The translations under genes and the position numbers were made by a program. Shown piece after piece: positions 39,502 through 51,131 of a stretch of 64,000 bases of DNA. Source of the stretch: Batkoa obscura (Eukaryota); contig JASVEC010000010.1 in assembly GCA_030770535.1 (NCBI GenBank), positions 1,116,001-1,180,000 of the forward strand, in the 5' to 3' direction. Below the pieces are notes generated by a model. The model ran no database searches. It was not told the DNA's origin and saw nothing but the letters and a program-made list of their open reading frames with translations. Position 1 is the stretch's first letter. Each line of letters begins with the position of its first letter.

Positions 39502-39775
39502 AATTGAATTAAGTTAAAGCATAAAAATACCTGGATCCAAAAGATCAATAAGTTAAGATAAGCTATTAACTAGTTTTCTATGAAATAGGGTTATATTAAT
39601 AACTTCATATCTAGTATTTAAAATAAAGCATTCCCATCAGCATTTTTTGTAACATAAAAGAATGAATTAATTTGCTATAAAGTAGAATAAGTTACACACT
39701 TTATTAAATATACATGGGTTAAAAGTTTATATGTTCATATTATTAAACTAGCATTAAATGGAAAAAAAGCTATTT

Positions 39776-39874
39776 GGGAGTGTTTTTTTTAACTTCATTA
39801 CTTTTTCCATTTTTTAAGCACTATTTAAGTGGAAAATTTGCTAGTAAAATTCTTAAACACAAAAATACATCCCC
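39776..39874 (-). mobile_element. MITE family A copy
   Basis: TSD ATTT/ATTT. Confidence 0.85.
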
Positions 39875-40186
39875 ATTTATTGTAATTTGGATCATCTCTC
39901 TCAAAAAAATCACCAATTTATAATAAAGCAACTCAAATGGAAATTTTCATCTTTTCTATAGTAATTGATATTCTTTTTCAAATATAATAATAACCCAAAG
40001 GGTCAACTATAAGTTTAATCTTAAAAAGCTTAAAAAGAGAAAGATTAATAAAGAGAAAGTTCAGATCTACTATATGATACAAGTTTATATATATAAGCAA
40101 AGAGCATATAAGCACATAAATAACAAGTAACGGTACATAAAATTGAGAAGATTTTGAGAAAAGTGAAATGGTATAAAATATTATAT

Positions 40187-40279
40187 GGGAATGTATTTTT
40201 TAAGAATTTTACTAACAACCTTTTCACTTAAAATAGTGCTTAAAAAATGTAAAAGTAACGAAATCAAAAAAACATCCCC
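40187..40279 (+). mobile_element. MITE family A copy (within left arm)
   Basis: GGGAATGTATTTTT...AAACATCCCC; flanks ATAT/ATAG. Confidence 0.85.
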
Positions 40280-40435
40280 ATAGAATACAAATACTAAAAT
40301 AAGATAAATGAAAATGATAAAATAGATACTTTAAAATAACTTAAATAATATGAATAGCCGAATATTGAAATTAAATAAATTTTATTGTAAAAAATAGAAA
40401 AGAATGTCGAATCCTTTTCAATATTTAATACTCGT

Positions 40436-40912
40436 TTAATAATATTCATTTTCATAATCTTCTTCTTCTTCTTCATAGTCTCCATAAGGATTTTTCTTCT
40501 TTGGTTTCTTTTCTTTTGGATTCTTTTCCTTTGGGTTCTTTTCCTTAGGATTCTTATATGGTTCATGCTTTGGCTCTTTTTCCTTAGGATTCTTATATGG
40601 TTCATGCTTTGGCTCTTTTTCCTTAGGATTCTTGTATGGTTCATGCTTTGGCTCTTTTTCCTTAGGATTCTTATATGGTTCATCCTTTGGCTCTTTTTCC
40701 TTAGGATTTTCATATGGTTTAGTTGGAACAGGTTTAGGACAAGCTGATACCGTCTTTGTTTGATAGACAGTTTTAGTTACTGTTTTAGCATTACATGGTT
40801 TTGGTTGTTTATGTTGTTGATATGGACTATTGTCACCGTCATCATAGTAATCATTACGAGCAGAAACGGCAGAGACAGCAAGAGCAAGAGCAATTAAACT
40901 AAAATATTTCAT
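40436..40912 (-). CDS. Secreted Lys/Pro/Glu repeat protein (KTVTKT family), copy 1
   Basis: Signal peptide; CNAKTVTKTVYQTKTVSACPKPVP; 13-aa (K/E)NPKEKEPK(H/D)EPY x4; acidic Tyr-rich C-terminus. Confidence 0.9.
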   Translation of the reverse strand: MKYFSLIALALAVSAVSARNDYYDDGDNSPYQQHKQPKPCNAKTVTKTVYQTKTVSACPKPVPTKPYENPKEKEPKDEPYKNPKEKEPKHEPYKNPKEKEPKHEPYKNPKEKEPKHEPYKNPKEKNPKEKNPKEKKPKKKNPYGDYEEEEEDYENEYY

Positions 40913-42309
40913 TTCAAATGAATATCAATTATTATCAAAATAAAATTTATCGAATTTTAATTATTTCGAGATTTACTTTTGCTCTATTTATACTATTTTT
41001 TTGAATTTAAAAATTCAAATTTACTTATTTGACAATTACATTCATTGGGAATTACTATATTTTTATTCTCTAGCAATGAATTACTTTGATGCTTGATTTC
41101 TTATTTCTAATGATTTATTGATTGCATCTAGCTTATTCAAATATACATCTAATTTTGTATATTTATTAAATGATCTATTTGGTATAAATAAAATAAAATG
41201 CTTGAACCATTTTAATTCTTTCTAAAAATAACTTACGCTTATTAATTAAATACTTTATATACTCTTAATTTCTTGATTAAAATGGATTAACTCCTTTTAT
41301 TTATTTTCAATTAAATTGGAATTTTATTAGTTTCATTAACTTAAACTCTTGTTATAAATTTAAAGCATATACTTTAAATTTGTAATAATTCTATTAACTT
41401 AAAAATAACACATTGTATGGTAGTACATTAGGGCTATATTTGTAGTGTTACTCAAAAAATATATTCTTATAATAAATACAAAACTTCAGTTTCTATTTAT
41501 ATTCAACATTAATAAACCAATTGATTAAAAAAAGTTACGAGTGTAAAACAGGAAAGCTGTATATTATAAGATTGATTTTTTTGGTAGTTATCTTGCTTTA
41601 TTTTTAGAAATCAGATTAATACCTCAATAAAGTTAAATATATTTGAATCTTTACATTATATCAGAATAATGCATAAAGAGCGTTGTAATACATCTATGTT
41701 ATGCAAATAAAACATTTTATTTGTAGCCTGATGTGTATACTTAAAAACATTAATTGGTCCACATTTTGAAATATTTTTAATCAAGTTATATACCTTGATG
41801 TATAATAGTATATAGTTTTAAGTAAACTGATAGACATGTAACCAAATTATAATATAAATGAGTCTGATCGAACTTGTGAAAATAATCTACTGGCAAGGGT
41901 ATTTAAATAATGAAAAATTAGAATTTTCATATTGATGATAGTTTGCTGGTTATTTAATATGAATATAACAGTATAAAACAAATATAGAATTCATTGAAAT
42001 TCAATACAGAAAGTGCTTAATAAAAATATTTTAACAGGTAGGTATGAAAATATACTAGTTAAATTAGATTGAAATAGAACATAAATGTATAGAATAAATA
42101 ATTTAATCAAAATAGAAGATTAATTTAAATAAAGTAAATGCGATAATAAAATAATTAAAAAGGTAAATGCGATAATAAATAAATTAATAAAGTTCTATAA
42201 ATAAATAATGTTACTCTTTTGAAAAATAGTATAAATAGAGCAAAAGTAAATCTCGAAATAATTAAAATTCGATAAATTTTATTTTGATAATAATTGATAT
42301 TCATTTGAA

Positions 42310-42786
42310 ATGAAATATTTTAGTTTAATTGCTCTTGCTCTTGCTGTCTCTGCCGTTTCTGCTCGTAATGATTACTATGATGACGGTGACAATAGTCCAT
42401 ATCAACAACATAAACAACCAAAACCATGTAATGCTAAAACAGTAACTAAAACTGTCTATCAAACAAAGACGGTATCAGCTTGTCCTAAACCTGTTCCAAC
42501 TAAACCATATGAAAATCCTAAGGAAAAAGAGCCAAAGGATGAACCATATAAGAATCCTAAGGAAAAAGAGCCAAAGCATGAACCATACAAGAATCCTAAG
42601 GAAAAAGAGCCAAAGCATGAACCATATAAGAATCCTAAGGAAAAAGAGCCAAAGCATGAACCATATAAGAATCCTAAGGAAAAGAACCCAAAGGAAAAGA
42701 ATCCAAAAGAAAAGAAACCAAAGAAGAAAAATCCTTATGGAGACTATGAAGAAGAAGAAGAAGATTATGAAAATGAATATTATTAA
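42310..42786 (+). CDS. Secreted Lys/Pro/Glu repeat protein (KTVTKT family), copy 2 (identical)
   Basis: 158-aa translation identical to 40436-40912. Confidence 0.9.
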   Translation: MKYFSLIALALAVSAVSARNDYYDDGDNSPYQQHKQPKPCNAKTVTKTVYQTKTVSACPKPVPTKPYENPKEKEPKDEPYKNPKEKEPKHEPYKNPKEKEPKHEPYKNPKEKEPKHEPYKNPKEKNPKEKNPKEKKPKKKNPYGDYEEEEEDYENEYY

Positions 42787-42942
42787 ACGAGTATTAAATA
42801 TTGAAAAGGATTCGACATTCTTTTCTATTTTTTACAATAAAATTTATTTAATTTCAATATTCGGCTATTCATATTATTTAAGTTATTTTAAAGTATCTAT
42901 TTTATCATTTTCATTTATCTTATTTTAGTATTTGTATTCTAT

Positions 42943-43035
42943 GGGGATGTTTTTTTGATTTCGTTACTTTTACATTTTTTAAGCACTATTTTAAGTGAAA
43001 AGGTTGTTAGTAAAATTCTTAAAAAATACATTCCC
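42943..43035 (-). mobile_element. MITE family A copy (within right arm)
   Basis: Mirror of 40187-40279. Confidence 0.85.
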
Positions 43036-43511
43036 ATATAATATTTTATACCATTTCACTTTTCTCAAAATCTTCTCAATTTTATGTACCGTTACTTGTT
43101 ATTTATGTGCTTATATGCTCTTTGCTTATATATATAAACTTGTATCATATAGTAGATCTGAACTTTCTCTTTATTAATCTTTCTCTTTTTAAGCTTTTTA
43201 AGATTAAACTTATAGTTGGTCTTTTTATCATTTATATTAAATGAACAAAAGATTGAAAAGAATTTAGTGTTCTTTTACTTTATGTAATAGTTTTGTTAAG
43301 CCTTGGTTTTATACATATTTAAAAAAATTTAGTTTAACTGGTTTTTGTGTTTTTCGCACACTTGAATTTTCTAATGTGTTAGCTACTTGATGCAATGCGT
43401 GTCTAAAACAAAACAAGCTAGCATTTGTAACTTTAATAACATGTTTTCAATTTATTTTAAAAAAAGGAATATACGAAAATAGGCCTTTACCTTGAACTCT
43501 CACTGTCCATT

Positions 43512-44429
43512 TCACAAGTTTCGTTTAAATTTATCTTTTACACTCTTGACTAATAACTTAAGCTGGTGATTGACCCCTGTGTGACTAGTCATAACTAATA
43601 CTGAATTAAAGAAAAACCCAAAGGTGAAGAGCACCGAACCAGTTGTTCCAATAGCAAATTGCTGTGGTTTAGTATTGTCGCTATGATATGCAACTAAAAT
43701 AGTATCAATGAGATACATAGCATTACCAAAAAACATGTTGATCGAGTATAAGGCTAAAACCAAATATACTTTTAATGACACACTTCTTCTATTCCATGGA
43801 GTTTTAAATCCTACATTTTTATCGTTTCTCCCGGTTGGATCCAAGTTAATAAAAGCTGGTATTTTATTTGTTATCATCGCTAACTTACTGTAACAGTAAA
43901 TAATGACTGCCAGATGAATAACACAGGAGATTAAAAAGTGATAAAAGGTGATCTGTGATAACAAAGATTGGCTAGGATAAACCAAACATACTGATTTAGC
44001 TACTTGGGACATCAACTCATTCTTAACACATAAAATAATCAGTAATACGAGGTTCAAAATAAGTGACACCATACTAGGTATAAACCACTTTACTGAATAG
44101 TTCCACTTGAACATCTTATTGACTCTTTCCATCGCTAAAAAAGTTGAGACTATGATTTGGGAATGCACTAATAGCACAGTAAAAAAGCCGAAAAATTGGC
44201 ATAGGGTTGGATCATTTACAGAATCATCGCCTCGAATTGTTGTCAATATAGGATCTACGAGTGAGATAAGCGGCGACATTAGCTCAATAATTGCAATAGT
44301 GATAATCAATTGAAGATCTCGACTAAATGGACGGATTCGTGTAGTTAAATAAATTAGTAGGATGTTGGCTATAAAACTAAAAAAAGCTATTGTACTACAT
44401 AAATATGTAATTTCGTTTTCGTTAATCAT
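43512..44429 (-). CDS. Seven-TM receptor, class A (rhodopsin-like) GPCR-like
   Basis: Seven hydrophobic segments; TM1 AN; TM3 begins LCQFFGF and ends LAMERV (D/E-R-Y-like); ECL2 Cys (SVCL); TM5 YCY; TM7 FNS. Confidence 0.75.
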   Translation of the reverse strand: MINENEITYLCSTIAFFSFIANILLIYLTTRIRPFSRDLQLIITIAIIELMSPLISLVDPILTTIRGDDSVNDPTLCQFFGFFTVLLVHSQIIVSTFLAMERVNKMFKWNYSVKWFIPSMVSLILNLVLLIILCVKNELMSQVAKSVCLVYPSQSLLSQITFYHFLISCVIHLAVIIYCYSKLAMITNKIPAFINLDPTGRNDKNVGFKTPWNRRSVSLKVYLVLALYSINMFFGNAMYLIDTILVAYHSDNTKPQQFAIGTTGSVLFTFGFFFNSVLVMTSHTGVNHQLKLLVKSVKDKFKRNL

Positions 44430-45634
44430 CTTCCAATAAAAAATATATTTTTTAAATATTCAAGTATTGCCTTCTTATAGTTTTTATACTTTTTGATATG
44501 TTCTTTTTACTTTTGGCTTAAATAAAAATAATTTGTAACTACTTTATTTAGTAATAGGATCTAGTTTTTTGGTTACTCAATATAAATTAATAGATTTTAG
44601 TAATATTTATGGCATTTTGTTATCTTAGACTTGTCACAAAGATAAAGAGAACATAACTTCCAACATCAAAATTAATGAAATTCAAGTTTGTTATTATTTT
44701 TTACATCAAAAAGCATAGTTTATTTCCTGTATCATGGATTTGATAAAAACTTAATTTTACTTTAGATTAAAATTTTGGAGTTGCTGCCAAGAATAAAAAT
44801 AGCAAGGGAAATTTAAGGGATATTGCTTTTACAATTCTTTTGGGACTTAATTGTTTGTTCATTTGAGGGAAGAAAAGATTGAAATTTGGATAAAAAACGA
44901 AATCGCCATTTAAAATATTAGCTGTGTAACTAATTTAATTATAAAAACTCCTACTAAAGAAGTCGCAAAAGAGTTAGAACAGCAGTAAGTAAAATGAAGC
45001 CAAAGTTTAAATTGATTTTTTTACCATATAAATGTTAAATGGAACTTTCCTTTAATGTTAATAATATGAAATTCACTAAATATTGGCTATCCTTTTAACC
45101 AATTTTTATGAGATGATAGATAACTATATATGAATAGTTATAAGTGTAAACTATCAAATGTGTAAGCAAGATTAGTCTATAATTTTAATAAAGTAGGCAA
45201 GTTAAATAAACCTAGAACCTAGCTATTATTAAAAACTTCAATCAACCTTTTAATCGTATAGGTTAAAACAAGTTATAATCTTTACAATAATTTATTTTTG
45301 TAGACTTGGTTAATCAATTTACACTTTTAAGCCTAAAGTAATATTGATCATTGACCTTAGAAACTGATATAAAATCAGCTATATACTAAAAAGCTTGAAT
45401 AAACTATATTTTTGTTACATTAATGATGTTAATAGATAAGAAGTCTTAGGTTAAAAAGAAAAATCGGTATAATTCAACGAATTAAAAAACTGTTTATGGG
45501 ATGCAAAATTGATCTGAGAAACTTCAAGAATGTATGTTCACATCAATATTTCTATTTGAAATAACTAGCTAAGGGGCAAAAAGATTATAGTACTAATGTA
45601 AAAGATAAATACCATTGGGAAAAGCTAAGTCTAT

Positions 45635-45682
45635 GTTTATTAGTTTATTAGTTTATTAGTTTATTAGTTTATTAGTTTATTG
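45635..45682. repeat. Tandem repeat (GTTTATTA)x~6
   Basis: Direct 8-bp repeat seen in the sequence. Confidence 0.9.
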
Positions 45683-45768
45683 GTTTTTGAAATATTACCT
45701 ATCTTAAATTTATTAAGTTATAATCGTAATAGCTTATTTTAAACTAACATTATTGTTGACAGATATAT

Positions 45769-45866
45769 GCGGATATTTTTTTTGATTTCTTCACTTTTTC
45801 GGTTTTTTAAGCGCTATTTGAGCAGAAAAATTGTCAGTAAAATTTTTAAACAAAAAATGTATCCTC
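45769..45866 (-). mobile_element. MITE family A copy
   Basis: TSD ATAT/ATAT. Confidence 0.8.
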
Positions 45867-47662
45867 ATATTATTCAGATTTAACTCTTTATGATGCAAAA
45901 TTTTCATAATTATAATATTTTATTATCTTAATACTATTCGTTTGATAGCTTTTTTATAATAGCTGCCATAAAAAAGTTAGTTTCATTTGATTATTTTTGG
46001 TAAATTTTATATTTTTAAGCCTTGCTATTAACACTTGTTCTTTGGTATTGTGGACTATTCATTCTAGACAAAGCTCTCATTTTTAAAAGAGCTCAGAATT
46101 TCTAGTAGCACTTTTTTTGCACATAAGATCACTTAAATCAATAAATTTCCTGGGACTATGGTATGGATGTTTATTAATAGATAAGGATATGGGGCTTTCG
46201 AAAATTGACCTGTCTGCTTTGGATAAATTATCAGATCTTATATTGTTAATAGCCTACCTAGGAATTTTCTCAAGTGCTCTTTAAAAAGTAACAAATATCA
46301 GAGTTTAATACATTATACATAAAAAATAAAAAAATAACCATAGGTTTTTTAAACATTTTTTAAAGGCAAAACTATATTAAAACATTATCAAGATAGCAGC
46401 ATATATAAAGTTTTTCAAACTTAGTAAAAGTGATTAAATTGCAGTAATATAAATATATCATTCTTTTTAAAACACTGGGTTTTTAATTAAAAATCAGAAT
46501 ATACTGAGATCAATTATATAAATTAATACTCAATAAAAGGATGACATTTAGCCAGCTAAGCTTTGAACCTGTAAAGTTAGCCCGGTATTTAATATAATTT
46601 TGCCTCAAACATAACTGATTAGATTTTAATGAACTAATTTAAACTAAAACCATATGGATAGATAGTAAGATACCAAAATAAATAATTTCTAATTATTGAA
46701 CGTATCACTTACAATAATATACAAAACACTTACTCATTCATGTCCAAAAGACATAAAAAATTCATAATAAAATATTAAATAATTTAGACAGTAAAATGAA
46801 ATTAAACTCCATTGTTTCTTAAAGAATATCTTATTACTGAGATTTTTAACTAAATTAAATCATTGAGCAGAGCTACTTTTATATTAAAGCAACGATACTT
46901 TATAGTAACTTTAATTGTATTAAACCTAACATATATATTAGTAAACAATCAAAAACAATCCTCAAACTAAGTACTGAAAGAAGGAATAAAAATTAACTGA
47001 AAGGAGTTAAAAAAAGGAACAACTTTTTTCAGTTGGATGGAGCTAAAATAAATTTCAAATATTTATAAGGCATTTAAAAATTTGATTTTATTAGCAACCA
47101 AATAATAGACTGGCTCACTTGGACTGATTGGGGTAATATCCACTTGCCAATTAAAGGGGGGAAATAGCGAGAAAGAAATGAAAGTTGCCTTTTTTTATTT
47201 TATATTAAACCGGGTTTATTTCTCGGGTTTGGGAGAGAAATAAATAAATGTATATTAGAAACATATTTAATGTTTCGATGTTAAATGATAGATAACTATT
47301 TATGTTATTTAAACATAATTAATAACAATAATTAATTAAAAAAACAAAACAAATAAGCACTATTAATACATACAAATTAAAAAAAAGTAATCAAAGATAA
47401 AAAAAATTAACTTAAAATAGATCAAGTTTCCCAAAAAAGATAAAAATAACTACAGGTTAACTTAAGGGAGAAGCTTATTAATAAATAATTAAAAACTCAA
47501 GGGTTGGATAACTATTATTAATATTAATAACCGGTATATCTTAGCTGAGTTAATCTGGTGTTAATAAATAAATAAGACTTAAAAGGAGGATAGCATGATT
47601 AATAAAGATACATATAAATACACAAAAAAATAGAATCCAAAAGTTTTATTTTTTAACATATC

Positions 47663-49324
47663 ATGATTACTTTGATTCAATTCAAATCTATACTTTTAAG
47701 TTTATCTTATTGGAACTATCTTTGTTTCTTTATTTGCCTATGGCTCTGTTTGGTCATATATAATTTATACTTCTCCCCTTGCGCGCATATACCCGGACCA
47801 TTAGCCAGTCAATTGAACCCTTTTACTGACTTATATTACATGATCCGTGGTGATTTTCATGTGTATGTTACTGGTTTACACCATCGCTATGGCCCGGTAG
47901 TACGTTTAGGTAAACGCATTACTATCAACTATCTAACAAATATCTAACCTTACTTTAGGATTTGATCGCATTTGCATCAATGACCCAGAAGCATGGAAGC
48001 AGATCCATAACAATTACAAGTTTTCAAAAACTAGTTTTTACGACCATATGCGCACTGTGGGTTGGTCAATGATCTCGATCAAAGATCGTAATCAACATTC
48101 TGGGAGAAGAAGAACAGTGGCTAAGGCATTTAGTGAAAGCAATATATTAAATTTGGAAGCTACTGTAATTCAAAGTGGGATCAGTAAGTTGGTCAATAAA
48201 CTCAAAAAATCAAACGGAAAAATTGTAGACATGTCTAAAGAGTTTCTGTATTTGGCTTATGTAAGTGTTTTGATAAAGTTACTTCTATTAATATTAAAAC
48301 CACTATTTAATAGGATGTAATTGGAAAATTAGTGTTCAGCAAAGACTTTAATTTATTGGATGGCTATAACCATGATATCTTGATATGGATACGTAGCTTA
48401 TTGATTTTTGTGGTCTTGAATGCAGTTTTACCACCAATAAGATTGATTGGAAACCCATACTATCGAAAGCTAGCTTATGTAAGTTTGTCATGTAAGAGTC
48501 TGTCATCTTGTACTAAATCTTCAATTTTAGATGGCCAAGGACGCTATTTTACAACGTAGACAGATGATTGAAAACGGTGAAGAAGCTCCTACTGACTTAC
48601 TCAACTCTTTAGTTCATGCTAAAGATCCAGTAACGGACGAACATATACCTATGTTAGACCTTATGGAGGAATGTGCTGAATTATTGTAATTTCATTTTTT
48701 GTTTTCTAGTAAATCAAAATACTTATAATTGATAGATTGGGAGGGAGTGACACTACTGGAAATTCATTAACTTGGTGTTTATATTTGATATTAAAGAACA
48801 GTGAGGCTAAAATCAAGATGGAGAATGAAATCACTGCTCAATTCCCAGATAAAACAAAGACAATCAAGTATAAAGAAATCCAAAAGAATCTTCCATACTT
48901 CCAATTAGTCTTAAAAGAATGTATGCGCTATTATCCAGTAGCTTCCCATCCAATGTTACGCAGTGTACCAAAGGAAGGGGTTACCATCAAAGATATTTAT
49001 ATCCCAGGGAACTATGAGGTTATCACCAATTGTTATGCTATCCACCATAATGAAAACTATTGGAAAGATCCTGAAAAGTTTGACCCAGAACGTTTTAATA
49101 ATCCTAAAGAAAATGATTTGAGTGCTTATCTACCCTTTTCTTCTGGTCCACGTGGTTGTGTAGGAAGAAATTTAGCTAATCTGGAAATGATGCTTACCCT
49201 GGTTAACTTATTTCATAAGTTTAATATCACTTTAGTTAATAAGGAAGATTTAACCCCCGCCTGCCATATTGTCCTTCACCCTAAAGGTCATCAACCCTTT
49301 TGGGTTTCTTTTACCGAAAAATAA
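47663..49324 (+). CDS. Cytochrome P450 (5 exons)
   Basis: N-terminal TM + IPGP; I-helix GGSDTT; ECMR; PERF; heme motif FSSGPRGCVG; introns 47910-47958, 48261-48313, 48479-48530, 48686-48736. Confidence 0.95.
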
Positions 49325-51131
49325 GCTTAGTCTTATTTCATGATTTTCTCATTCATCTCTGATGAATTATCTAGTCTATACTTTAATCTTGTAATATAAT
49401 TTTGTAAATAAAATTTGTGCTACTCAATGTAATATAAAGATATGTTTAAAAAAATTCAGTTGATTAAAATAACACTATTAAAGCTACATAAACTTTTAAA
49501 GGACAATAAAAAGTAGAGAATTCGTCATTATAAAATTAAACGATCCTTTATCAGTCCTAAATCAAACCGGGCAACCGGAGTAAATACCTTTTATGTTTTA
49601 TAGCATTTAAATTTAAAAGTTAAGAGCATTTTTTATCCTTAGACTAAATTTAATTCAAATCTTCGAACTTTTAATAAAAGTCTAATTTTCAAAATCATAA
49701 CCCAGAGCTTTTTAAATTAAGCCCAATTTTTTAAAAAATCAGAATTTTAAGGCCATTCATCTATTTACTCAAGAAAATTTATTAAGTGGTCATAAACAAC
49801 ATTACTTTGGTTAAAAAAACAAGAAAGGTATCTATGGGAAAACTCAATACAACCCGACCTTCCTTTTTATTTAACTCTGTTTTTAATTTCCCGCTTCTCT
49901 CTTCAACTCCACTTTTTTTCAGCTTTTAGTTTAACTAAAATTCTCCTCCCCTCACTATCAATTTAGCTAACTCTTTTTTTCTCTCCTTTTTTTAAACAGT
50001 TAAACTCGTGGCTTTTTGAAGTATTTTTACTGCTTTTTGATTAACCTTTTTATGGTTTTAATGGATTTTTATTGGCTAAATTTATAAGGCGTATTTTTAC
50101 TCCAGTTGAAAATAGGGTGAAGTTTTAAACTAAGCTTTGTGGTTATTTTTTTGTTAATATCATTCTTTTATGTTAATATAGTTTATTTTACAAATATTAT
50201 GATGTCTAGCTATGAATCGTTCTAATTTGCTAGTCAAACAATTTGAATAAAGTTTTAATAACTTTAATTTGAAATGTTTGAATTAAATTGACATCCTTAA
50301 ACTACAGTAATAAGAAATAAGAAATAAGAAATCAAAACAAATTAACTATTATAACCAATATATTGCGTTAATATGTTTTAAAATATAGTTTTTGTCTTTA
50401 TAAAGTTGGAGTTATGAAACTATAGTAGTAGTCTATAAATACTTTTATTGTTGCATAATAAAATTGTTTTTAATATCAGCGAATATTCTCACTATTTTAA
50501 TTAAAACTTGACATAAATGTATTATAATAAAATTAGATATTTTTACTTTTGATTTAAAAAACTAATAAATAAAGTAATCTAGATGTACAACTATAGTAAT
50601 TCTTTAATGACACTATAGTAATTCTTTTGTGTCTATGTTACTATCAATACCTCTCTACGAATCTTAGTTTTCAATATACTTTACTAAATCTAGACCTTTA
50701 CAATTAGAAACAACAGTAATAAAGATGCTTAACATTATGTTAGCATCTACTTGCGTTTATATGTGGCATAAGTAACTTCTAGAATTAAAAACTTGTCAAG
50801 TTTATACAGTGTTTTTATATTTTTATATTTTAGTACTTTAGTTAAAGGTGCTCAGTTCCCATAATTAATACGATTGTTATGAGTAAAATTTATAATTGAC
50901 AAACATGAGATAGAAGATTATTTTTTTATGCAAGTGTATTAAAGAGATATGTAGTATAAAGGATATCTATTATTTTAAAAAGTACACCAAAGCTTTACAT
51001 ATAACAAAAAAATGTCAATAACTACTTATTATGTATTAAAAACTAATTAGTTTATTTGGTCAACAAATAAAAACAAATCTAAATAAAAAACTAGAGAAAT
51101 AAAGGTTGAGAGAAATTAAAAACTAAATAAC

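Larger units (their letters stand above)
40004..41000. repeat. Left arm of 997-bp inverted duplication
   Basis: Reverse complement of 42222-43218; paired coordinates sum to 83222; all ORF-track translations in the two arms are identical. Confidence 0.95.
42222..43218. repeat. Right arm of 997-bp inverted duplication
   Basis: Reverse complement of 40004-41000. Confidence 0.95.

Noticed and set aside
42133..42190. Two ~30-bp direct repeats (GTAAATGCGATAATAAA) upstream of 42310
   Set aside because: Only two copies in very AT-rich DNA; no support for a function.
40436..42786. Classical Kex2-processed repeat (KEP/dikaritin) precursor call
   Set aside because: The 13-aa repeats are not separated by KR/RR sites and no DUF3328/UstYa-like gene is visible; kept only as a speculative hypothesis.
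27074..42928. Alternative-frame and antisense ORFs over the secreted genes (e.g. 27074, 28573, 28772, 31808, 31915, 40294, 40565, 42475, 42509)
   Set aside because: Shadow ORFs produced by stop-poor tandem repeats; the signal-peptide frames are the coherent ones.
40045..43177. Identical 60-aa ORFs at 40045-40227 and 42995-43177 (and ORF 56189-56407)
   Set aside because: They overlap MITE A sequence; identity is explained by the inverted duplication.
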